55,242 nt of DNA from Vampirovibrionaceae bacterium NZW_1234 (GTDB lineage: Bacteria; Cyanobacteriota; Vampirovibrionia; Vampirovibrionales; JAGQHJ01), in NCBI GenBank assembly GCA_041697335.1, contig JBGUGD010000022.1, positions 1 through 55,242 of the forward strand. Direction: 5' to 3'. Shown in pieces: positions 9,468-17,460 of the stretch (positions are counted from its first letter, which is position 1; each line of letters opens with the position of its first letter). The translations under genes were made by a program, and so were the position numbers. The notes below the pieces were generated by a model, which had not been told where the DNA came from, searched no databases, and saw only the letters and a list, made by a program, of their open reading frames with translations.

Positions 9468-10274
9468 ATGCCACCACAGCATGACGATATTGTTTCCCAG
9501 GAATTTGAAGACCTGCTCAAGGACTATCTGGTCGAAACCGATCCGATGACCCGCGAGCAGATGCGCAATAAAATTGTGAGTCGCTGTGTGCCCTATGTTC
9601 AGCGCATTGCTCGGGGGCTTGCTCGTCGGAGCAGTGACCCGGTTGACGATCTGGTGCAAGTCGGATGTATGGGGTTGATGAAGGCCTTGGACAAATATAA
9701 CCCCCTGGCAGGGACCCGGTTTAAGACCTATGCCACGTACCTGATCACGGGTGAAATTCGCCACTATCTTCGCGATAAGTCCTGCATTATCAAGGCGCCG
9801 CGCCAGATGTATGAATTGTATTATCGGATGAATCAAATCGTTCATCGCCTCACCGAAGAGCTGGGTCGGACACCCACCGATCTGGAGATTGCCGAGGAAC
9901 TTCAGTGTTCTGTGGGCCAAATCAAGGATGTCGAGGATGTGGATCGGCGAAGAACCTTGGTGTCTTTGGATCAATTTGTGACCAACTCGGATGGCAGCAA
10001 CGGGGAGTCGGTTTATATTGAACGCCTGGTTGACAATAAATACAGTGACTTTTGTCAAAACCAGGAAGATAAACTCTTGTTGGAGAAGGCGTTGAATCAT
10101 TTGAAAGAGGAGTTACGCACCGTGGTGCGCATGACCTTCTACGAAGATATGAGCCAGAACGAGATTTCCCAGGTTCTGGGCATTTCGCAAATGCAAGTTA
10201 GCCGTCGGCTTCGCAAGGCGTTGGATATACTCCATGATGTGTTGCATGCGGAACACGTGGCGGATCGTGTGTAA
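9468..10274 (+). CDS. sigF: RNA polymerase sigma factor, SigB/SigF/SigG family (cyanobacterial SigF-like)
   Basis: DDLVQVGCMGLMKALDKY, FKTYATYLITGEIRHYLRD, LGRTPTDLEIAEEL, MSQNEISQVLGISQMQVSRRLRKAL. Confidence 0.85.
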   Translation: MPPQHDDIVSQEFEDLLKDYLVETDPMTREQMRNKIVSRCVPYVQRIARGLARRSSDPVDDLVQVGCMGLMKALDKYNPLAGTRFKTYATYLITGEIRHYLRDKSCIIKAPRQMYELYYRMNQIVHRLTEELGRTPTDLEIAEELQCSVGQIKDVEDVDRRRTLVSLDQFVTNSDGSNGESVYIERLVDNKYSDFCQNQEDKLLLEKALNHLKEELRTVVRMTFYEDMSQNEISQVLGISQMQVSRRLRKALDILHDVLHAEHVADRV

Positions 10275-10280
10275 CCCAAC

Positions 10281-11291
10281 GTGATGACCCTGCATTACTT
10301 CGTTGTATTCTGCATTGGTGCCATCATTGGCAGCTTTCTCAATGTAGTGGGGCTGCGCTTTTTGCGAGAAGAGTCCATTGTTTGGCCCGGCTCTCACTGT
10401 TATAGCTGTAACCAGCCCATTAAGCCGTATGACAACATACCTATATTGAGCTGGCTGTTGCTTCGGGGGCAATGCCGTGCTTGCAAAGCCAAAATCAGTA
10501 TTCAGTATCCCCTCATCGAGTTGTTTACGGCGCTGTTGTTTGTGGCCACCGTGGATAAATTCGGTTTTACCTGGCAATCGCTGTTGCTGCTGATTCTGGT
10601 CAGTAACTTTATGGTGATTTTGATTACGGACTTCCGTGAGCAGTACATTTTCGATCTGAATTCCTTGGGTTTAATTCCCTTTGGGTTGGTATACAGTGGC
10701 TTTAATATGGGCAATTGGCCCGGTGAGGTTCATGTGCCGATTGGAGCGCTTCAAATATCTATGTCCACAGCACTGGCTTCATCCTTCATCGCCATTGGAG
10801 GGGCGTTTACGATTTTCTTCCTGTTGAACTTTTTCAGTCGTCTGGTCATTGGGCGTGATGGGTTTGGTGAAGGGGACAATCGGTTATTGATGGGTATTGG
10901 AGCCTTTTTTGGCGTGAAATGGATGATTGTGGTGTTTATCTTGGCCTTTGTGATCCAGGCCGCCCTTGGGATACCTTTCCTGCTGTGGCAATGGCTTCGA
11001 CACAAGGCTTATAGCACTACGGCACTTTTGATAGGTGGTTTTAGTCTGGCTGTGGTTCCTTATTTCTTTCAGGCACAGTTGCAAAAAAGCCCATTGCTAC
11101 TTTTGGGGGTTGTTTCGGTTTCCGGTGGAGCAGCAATGACCTGTGCCTTCAAAGCACTCAAACAAGCCAAATCGTTGCCCACAGGCTTGATGGCCCTGCC
11201 CTTTGGCCCAGCCATTGTTGTGGCGTGTTTAGCAATGCTTTTCCTGGAGAATCCGGTTTTACCCTTGCTGACCACTATTTTGCATTTTTAG
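10281..11291 (+). CDS. pilD: Type IV prepilin peptidase/N-methyltransferase
   Basis: GSFLNVV, SHCYSC...GQCRAC zinc pairs, NIPILSWLLLRG, YPLIEL, catalytic ITD and GEGD, LPFGP. Confidence 0.93.
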   Translation: MMTLHYFVVFCIGAIIGSFLNVVGLRFLREESIVWPGSHCYSCNQPIKPYDNIPILSWLLLRGQCRACKAKISIQYPLIELFTALLFVATVDKFGFTWQSLLLLILVSNFMVILITDFREQYIFDLNSLGLIPFGLVYSGFNMGNWPGEVHVPIGALQISMSTALASSFIAIGGAFTIFFLLNFFSRLVIGRDGFGEGDNRLLMGIGAFFGVKWMIVVFILAFVIQAALGIPFLLWQWLRHKAYSTTALLIGGFSLAVVPYFFQAQLQKSPLLLLGVVSVSGGAAMTCAFKALKQAKSLPTGLMALPFGPAIVVACLAMLFLENPVLPLLTTILHF

Positions 11292-11419
11292 TGATATCAG
11301 CTTTGCAATCAAACTCAATTCCCGATGGCTATTACTGTAAACATTGTTTGGGCTGATTTTTTGCGGACACGTGAGAGGAACGGCAGATTCTGCCGTTCCT
11401 CTCGCAAGAATCAGTATTT

Positions 11420-11887
11420 TTAGACAGTGTTCTTGGAAAACCGGATTCGGGAAGCGGGAAGCAACTCGGCTAAAACAGCCGGTGCTTGGTGGGTTTGGGT
11501 CAGAAGCCATTTGGATTTTTGAATAAAAATGCCGACCGTCTCCTTGACGGCACCCAGTACGGCTGAAAAGAGGGTTTTGGCTTCTTCTCGTAGTTTTTGA
11601 GCCGTATATCCGTCTCGACCCGAAAGCGTTAGGGTTAGCCCGGCAACATTTTCTCTTGAAGGCCTTGCATCTCCTGCTGTGCTGGAATCCCTGGCTTCGG
11701 CATAAACATCCATGACGCCTTTCCAGATCTCCGGTACGTCTGAGAGTGAAAGCTTCTGCCCCCGACCCGAAGGATCCGCCGCATTCAGCGTAAATCGCCG
11801 GGTTTCTCCGATTGATGAAAGCGCCGCACCAAAGCGACATCCAACTGGCATCATAACCCTATTCCTCACATCGCTTCCAACCGCCAT
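11420..11887 (-). CDS. Hypothetical protein
   Basis: 155-aa ORF filling the gap between pilD and the repeat protein; N-terminal CRFG. Start uncertain. Confidence 0.5.
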   Translation of the reverse strand: MAVGSDVRNRVMMPVGCRFGAALSSIGETRRFTLNAADPSGRGQKLSLSDVPEIWKGVMDVYAEARDSSTAGDARPSRENVAGLTLTLSGRDGYTAQKLREEAKTLFSAVLGAVKETVGIFIQKSKWLLTQTHQAPAVLAELLPASRIRFSKNTV

Positions 11888-12075
11888 CCGTTTCCCCGAC
11901 GGATGATATCACTATTAAACATCCTCAAGGGACGATCTGACTAGAATGTATGCTTTTAAAAAGAAACAACTCTTAACAAATAGCGGTATGGAAACGCAAT
12001 TTTACGAAGTGTGTATATTTTATTTATATAAATAGTATTTTAGGGTTTTTGCTCTGTAGGGTGAAAGGTCCAGGT

Positions 12076-13371
12076 ATGGCCTATTTTCTGGATTATGCGA
12101 ATAACAACACGGGACAGCCGGTCTATGCAATTACCATGGCGTATCCCAGTGATCAGGATGCCGGAGCCACGGCTCCGTTGATGTACACCAAGGCCTACCC
12201 CAGCGATGATGGTGTTCAAGTCCCGCCGGATTATCAGTACTTCACTCAAAAAGCCCCGAGTGATAACGAAACCGGGACCCAGCCGCCTGCCAATCAGCAG
12301 CCGATTGCGGTGACAATGAAGTACCCCAGTGATCAGGAAGGCGGAGCGACAGCGCCTCAAGAGCCAATTTATTATGCAACGGACAAGTATCCCAGCGATC
12401 AGGAGACCGGTGTCACCCCTCCTCTCTACCAGACTCGGAAGTACCCCAGTGATCAGGAAGGCGGCGTCACTCCACCTCAGGAACCGCCCATTGCAACGAC
12501 GTTAAAATACCCCAGTGACCAGGAAACCGGAACACCTCCACCCGCGGGGCCTCCCATTGCGGTCGGTCTTCCTCCTTATCAGGAACCGCCACCCATTGCG
12601 GTTGGTATTGTTGTTCAACCTCCCTATCAGGAGCCACCGCCTATTGCCGTGGGTATCGTGGTTCAACCACCCATAGGTACTAAGAAATATCCCAGTGACC
12701 AAGAAACCGGGACGCCGCCTCCCCAGGAGCCACCGGTAAATACGACACGGAAATACCCCAGCGATCAGGAGACGGGAACGCCTCCCCCACAAGAACCGCC
12801 AATTTACGTGACACTTAAGTATCCCAGTGATCAGGAGACGGGAACACCCCCGCCTCCCCAGCCGCCCATTTCGGTTACTCGGAAATACCCGAGTGATCAG
12901 GAAACCGGGACGCCGCCTCCAAATCCATGCCCTATTTATGTCACGCTAAAATTCCCCAGTGATCAGGAGACCGGGATGCCGCCCCCAATGCCCGCTCCAA
13001 CACCGCCCTCACCTCCACCGTCTGGTACATGCCCACCCGGATCGGGTGGTTCTGGTACCGTGGTGAAAAAGAAAAGTGATATCAAGAAATTTCTGTTGTT
13101 TTTCTTATTGTCCAATGGCATCCGTGGCCCCGCAGGGCCCGGTCGAGGTCGTCCTACCGGAGGGTTTGCCACGGTATTAAACTTTTTGCTGTTTAAGAAG
13201 TTGTTTAAATCCAAGTCGAGTGACACGATAACGCAGGTCGTCAGTAACTGTTCGACTGCAGGAAGTGTACAAGATACCACTGCAACACAACACAACGTTG
13301 TTGTTGGTGGCGTTAATATTGGGAATAACTTTGGAACTGCAGGCAACTTTATCAACAATATTCATCTCTGA
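12076..13371 (+). CDS. Multi-core microviridin/marinostatin-like (graspetide-type) precursor-like protein with 12 TxxxPSD cores
   Basis: ATG at 12076 after GAAAGG. Twelve T-x-[KA]-[YFA]-P-S-D units separated by Pro-rich spacers; TxKYPSD is the microviridin core consensus. Confidence 0.8.
   Translation: MAYFLDYANNNTGQPVYAITMAYPSDQDAGATAPLMYTKAYPSDDGVQVPPDYQYFTQKAPSDNETGTQPPANQQPIAVTMKYPSDQEGGATAPQEPIYYATDKYPSDQETGVTPPLYQTRKYPSDQEGGVTPPQEPPIATTLKYPSDQETGTPPPAGPPIAVGLPPYQEPPPIAVGIVVQPPYQEPPPIAVGIVVQPPIGTKKYPSDQETGTPPPQEPPVNTTRKYPSDQETGTPPPQEPPIYVTLKYPSDQETGTPPPPQPPISVTRKYPSDQETGTPPPNPCPIYVTLKFPSDQETGMPPPMPAPTPPSPPPSGTCPPGSGGSGTVVKKKSDIKKFLLFFLLSNGIRGPAGPGRGRPTGGFATVLNFLLFKKLFKSKSSDTITQVVSNCSTAGSVQDTTATQHNVVVGGVNIGNNFGTAGNFINNIHL
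12133..12969 (+). repeat. Imperfect coding repeat array (TxKYPSDQETGTPPP)
   Basis: Recurrent TA(C/T)CCCAG(T/C)GA(T/C)CAGGA(A/G) with synonymous variation. Confidence 0.9.
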
Positions 13372-13529
13372 CGGCGAAGTGCTTGTCCGCGCTGAGTCTC
13401 TACCATCTTGAAGATCCGTTAAACGGTCGATCTGATGGGTGTCCTGGATACTTTAGAGTGGTATCAAGGTCCCGTAGGATTTAGAGATATACCTCCTAGA
13501 CCAGCCGGAAGGCTTTTTTAAGGAACCTC

Positions 13530-14255
13530 ATGAATCGCCCGTTTTATCTGATTTTTGCCGCCTCGGTGGCGTTAATGGTGTCCGGTGCCGTGACATTGCT
13601 GACGCATTTTTCGGTGTTGTTCTTCTTGACGTTGGGCGCCGCACTGTTCTGTCTGGTCATGGGGGTTAAGGTGATGCAGGATCATCTGTCTCTGCGAACT
13701 CCCACCCGCTCCCTGCTCTCCATTCTCCAGGACTTATTGAAGAGCCAGAAGCAGCAAATTGTTATGGTGCTCCCTGTCAGGGCCAGTGGGCACTTGAATG
13801 CGGCCACCCATATGGGAGGTTTGCTTAACCAGTTTGGGCGAGAGGCCATCGTAATTGATATTGACTTGTGTCACCGGTTGTTGAGCCGGAAAATTCCGGT
13901 GGAGCACCCCTATGGGGTTTACGAGCATCTCTTAAACGCCGGCATGAAAAAGCCCTATCTGGATCCCTTGTCCGGGGCCAAAGTGGTACCCTTGGAGACT
14001 TCCCTGGAAGCAGACAAGGTGGTCGAGTTTTCGCAAATCATGCAGCGCCTGCCCCGCCTATGGGAGCGTTGGCCCACCTCTATTATTGTGCTTGATCTGT
14101 CCCAATGGCATGAAACCTATCACCAGATTCTGTCCCATGTGTCTCAGGTGATATTTTATGTGCCGCCCGGCTATGATGCCGATACGCTGCTGCCCAAGAT
14201 ATTTCGTAAAAAGTACCGGGTTCCAGTCAGTCTGGTTGAAATTCAACCAGATTAA
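13530..14255 (+). CDS. Membrane-anchored CpsD/CapB (BY-kinase/MinD-like) fold protein with degenerate P-loop
   Basis: Two N-terminal TM helices; GREAIVIDIDL resembles GKKVLLIDADL; the Walker A position reads PVRASGHL with no GK[ST]; IIVLD resembles Walker B. Confidence 0.6.
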   Translation: MNRPFYLIFAASVALMVSGAVTLLTHFSVLFFLTLGAALFCLVMGVKVMQDHLSLRTPTRSLLSILQDLLKSQKQQIVMVLPVRASGHLNAATHMGGLLNQFGREAIVIDIDLCHRLLSRKIPVEHPYGVYEHLLNAGMKKPYLDPLSGAKVVPLETSLEADKVVEFSQIMQRLPRLWERWPTSIIVLDLSQWHETYHQILSHVSQVIFYVPPGYDADTLLPKIFRKKYRVPVSLVEIQPD

Positions 14256-14441
14256 CCACTTTGCCTCTGCCAGATTCTGTAAACACATGTTCGTGAGAAT
14301 CGCTGTAAAAAGGCCGTTTTACAGGATTGGGAATGTTATCGGACTCACTTTCCCAAGGGATTTTATGGATGAATTTGCGAATAAACCTTGCCCTCTGGTG
14401 AGAGCCATTTATAATAAAACTTAACATCCCCCCTCTTAATT

Positions 14442-14483
14442 TGCCAGTACCGATGATTGAATACAGGTACGGCATTTTTTTTT
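14442..14483 (+). terminator. Terminator-like hairpin with a long T run upstream of the radical SAM gene
   Basis: TGCCAGTACC...GGTACGGCA followed by about 9 T. Confidence 0.55.
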
Positions 14484-14623
14484 GTGCCGCTTCTGTTTTG
14501 TTTCCCAAGCGATCTGATAAAGAGCCCCGCGTCTGGACTTTTTGGGCTCAAGCTGCTCTTGGTAATCCCGACGGGAATGGGGTATGCTGTTGGGCAGTTG
14601 GACATCGCATGTGCAGGTGACCT

Positions 14624-15976
14624 ATGACAGCCCCCTCACAAACCTTTGAAAAATCTGAATCATCCTTAATCCGGCTTTCTCCAGGAGCCAGCGATGCGGA
14701 TCGCATGGCGGCGGTGGGTACAGATTTGTCTCGCTATGAGTGGGTTTATCAGCGACAACACTATGAACCCATCGTTTCAAGGACGAATCGGGAAATCCAT
14801 GTGGCTCTTATGAAGGCTTATGCCCGTGAGTTGATTGGGCAAATTCCAAACCCGTCGATGATGACCCATATCGTAACAACCCGATGCAATTACAGCTGTG
14901 GATTTTGTAGTTTTGCAGATACGTTAAATGCCAAATCAAACGAGTTGTCGCTGGAAGAGATTGAGAAAACCTATGCCACGTTGGGTGGCAATATGAATAC
15001 GATTGTCTATTCCGGTGGGGAAACAACGCTTCATAAGAATCTGCCGGAAATTATCGAGGCGGCTTACCGCTTAACGCCGGTCAAATCAGTCTATATCATT
15101 TCCAACGCATGGAAGCCGGATCGGCTGTTTCAGATTACCCATCAGATCATGCAGACGTGTCCCGATCTGCATTTAACCTGGAGCTTGAGCATTGAAGGTC
15201 CCAAGCCGGTGAACAATGCCGCTCGCTATACCCATAACAGCTCGTGGGATGCTTGGCAAAATACCATTGATACCATGTGGGGGCTGAAGAAGATGCGCGA
15301 GCGCTTCGGATACTCTCAGTTAGACGTACAGTTGTGCACGGTCTGTGGCCCCAATAACGTGGCTGTTCTGGACGAATGGTATGAAATGGTTCGCGACGTT
15401 CTGCAGCCGGACAAATGGAATCTGAATTTATTACGTCGCAGTGTTCAGATGACCCAGCACGAACTGGGCACATGGGAAAGCCGACGGGCCTCCAAAACCA
15501 TGGAACCCTTTGAACAAAAATATGTGGCCATTACCCAGCGTGTACGGGATGATGTCCTCTCGGGAAAACTGAAATTTCGCTATCATACGCAAAATGCCTT
15601 TGAAGGCAGTATGAAATCGGCCGTGGATCTCATCAGCCAAGCCGATAACCGCCGTATTCTCCATGGCCAGGAGCCGGCCATCTGTTGCAAAGCGGCCTTT
15701 CATGGGGCTTATATCGGAAGCGACGGGGAGGTCAGTGGGTGTGAAGAATTTGCCAATAACCCGCTTGAAGGCAAGTCCTTTGGTAACCTCAGAGAGGTGA
15801 ACTATGACTTTCAGGCTCTCTGGCGCTCGGATAAAGCTAAATCCTATCGGGCGCAAGTGGGTAACGCTCGCGAGTGTTATGGCTGCACGTTGGAAAGTCA
15901 GAAAAATTACCCTTCGATTTTAGTTTCCTTTAAGCACTTGTGGGATGCCCAAAAGCTGGCACGCCAAATCCATTAG
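14624..15976 (+). CDS. Radical SAM protein with C-terminal Twitch/partial SPASM domain
   Basis: CNYSCGFC (CxxxCxxC); SGGE; C-x12-G-x4-C (CKAAFHGAYIGSDGEVSGC), FGNL and CYGC in the C-terminus. Confidence 0.9.
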   Translation: MTAPSQTFEKSESSLIRLSPGASDADRMAAVGTDLSRYEWVYQRQHYEPIVSRTNREIHVALMKAYARELIGQIPNPSMMTHIVTTRCNYSCGFCSFADTLNAKSNELSLEEIEKTYATLGGNMNTIVYSGGETTLHKNLPEIIEAAYRLTPVKSVYIISNAWKPDRLFQITHQIMQTCPDLHLTWSLSIEGPKPVNNAARYTHNSSWDAWQNTIDTMWGLKKMRERFGYSQLDVQLCTVCGPNNVAVLDEWYEMVRDVLQPDKWNLNLLRRSVQMTQHELGTWESRRASKTMEPFEQKYVAITQRVRDDVLSGKLKFRYHTQNAFEGSMKSAVDLISQADNRRILHGQEPAICCKAAFHGAYIGSDGEVSGCEEFANNPLEGKSFGNLREVNYDFQALWRSDKAKSYRAQVGNARECYGCTLESQKNYPSILVSFKHLWDAQKLARQIH

Positions 15977-16110
15977 CCCCAATTTATTCGCATTGATAAT
16001 CCGGTGGGGACAATTAAAAAATCCCCTAACCCGACATAGTCTCAAAACGACCTTTTCTTTACGATCTCAGCATTGCTTCGTCCAATAAGAACCGCTTGGA
16101 GGCCAGTGCT

Positions 16111-17439
16111 GTGACAGGGGCAGAGAATTACACACGATTTTTGGTTGGTATTTTGGCAGGATTGCTTTTGTTGTGTTTGCCGGTGCAAGAGGCCTGGGCC
16201 CAAACACCTGCCATGTTGCCAGATACCCAGGTCCAGAGGCAGGTAGACATTGAAGGGCACCTTGATCTGGCCCATGAATTCATGCGTCAGGGCAAGTGGG
16301 ACTTTGCGGCCTACGAGTTTCGGTTTATCTTGAAAAAAGTACCTCAACATCCTGAAGCGCAATTGGGCCTAGCCCAGGCTTTAATTCAGGGCGAGCAGTT
16401 TGAGGATGCCATTGACCATTTGCTGGTATTGCGTCAGCAACCCAATGCCTCTTCGCAGGTGTTTATGGTCTTGGCCGGTGCCTACCAGAAGTCCGGGCGT
16501 TATCGGGATGCGGCTTTGCTGTATCGGGACCAGTTGGCCAAGGACGCCACCAATGTCGAGGCATTGAAAGGGTTGGTGGATATGCTTCCTAAAATGCCAA
16601 AAACGGAAAGTGCCCAGTGGGAAAGTTTTTTGGCTCAGGAATCTCAAAAAAATGCGGAGCAGGCTCGCAAAGCATTACTGGCGGCCGATTACGACAAAGC
16701 AACGGTATTTTACGAACTGGCGACTGTTTATAAGCCAACCATCGCAAAAATGAACGACCGCGCCGTTGCCCTCCTGCTTGCGGGTCGATATCGTCAAGCA
16801 GCCGATTTGTTTCAGAAATTGTACGCCTCTGGAAAAGGCAAATGTACGATACATCCCAACGCGGCAGTGTCGCTTTTAAGTATTGGCAAGTCAACAGCGG
16901 CCCGAAAACTGATGGAGAACACCTTAAATGAGTGCTCTTCACCTCAGAGTCGGGCCCAGATGCTAAATAATATGGGCTATATTTATGAACTGAACAAGGA
17001 TTGGCTCAACGCCAGAATGTCTTATGAAGAGGCCAATCGGTTGCAACCCAGTCTGACCAAGGCAGCGATGAATCTTGGGTTTGTGTACGAACATCTGTCC
17101 AAGCTGGATGAGGCCCTGGCCTTATACAATTACTTGATTACTCAGGACCCCTCCAATGCGAGGGCCTGGACACAGATTGGGTATGTCTATGAAAAGAAAA
17201 AACAGAATAAACAAGCTGTTCAGGCGTATCGAAAGGCCATTGAAGTTAATCCGCAATATCGAGATGCCTACTATAACCTCATTATGTTGTACCGTGGCGA
17301 AGGTAAGCTGGCTAAGGCCGATGAATTATTGCGTCAGATGCCCAATACCGATATCGTGACGGCTCAAAAAGACACAAAATTAACTGAATCCAAGCTGTTC
17401 CAATATATCGATGTGTTTTTAACAGAGCCTATCCTGTAG
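16111..17439 (+). CDS. Exported TPR repeat protein
   Basis: Signal-like hydrophobic N-terminus; many TPR units (AWTQIGYVYEKKKQNKQAVQAYRKAIEVNP); GTG after GGAGG. Confidence 0.88.
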   Translation: MTGAENYTRFLVGILAGLLLLCLPVQEAWAQTPAMLPDTQVQRQVDIEGHLDLAHEFMRQGKWDFAAYEFRFILKKVPQHPEAQLGLAQALIQGEQFEDAIDHLLVLRQQPNASSQVFMVLAGAYQKSGRYRDAALLYRDQLAKDATNVEALKGLVDMLPKMPKTESAQWESFLAQESQKNAEQARKALLAADYDKATVFYELATVYKPTIAKMNDRAVALLLAGRYRQAADLFQKLYASGKGKCTIHPNAAVSLLSIGKSTAARKLMENTLNECSSPQSRAQMLNNMGYIYELNKDWLNARMSYEEANRLQPSLTKAAMNLGFVYEHLSKLDEALALYNYLITQDPSNARAWTQIGYVYEKKKQNKQAVQAYRKAIEVNPQYRDAYYNLIMLYRGEGKLAKADELLRQMPNTDIVTAQKDTKLTESKLFQYIDVFLTEPIL

Positions 17440-17460
17440 GTTCCGTAAGGAGGTGCCCTG

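Noticed and set aside
12133..12969. Repeat-spacer pattern as a possible CRISPR array
   Set aside because: The repeats are in frame, vary at third codon positions, have irregular spacing, and no cas genes are present.
14390..14410. CTCTGGTGAGAG as the start of a glycine riboswitch
   Set aside because: The downstream conserved GCCGAAG and CTCAGG elements are absent.
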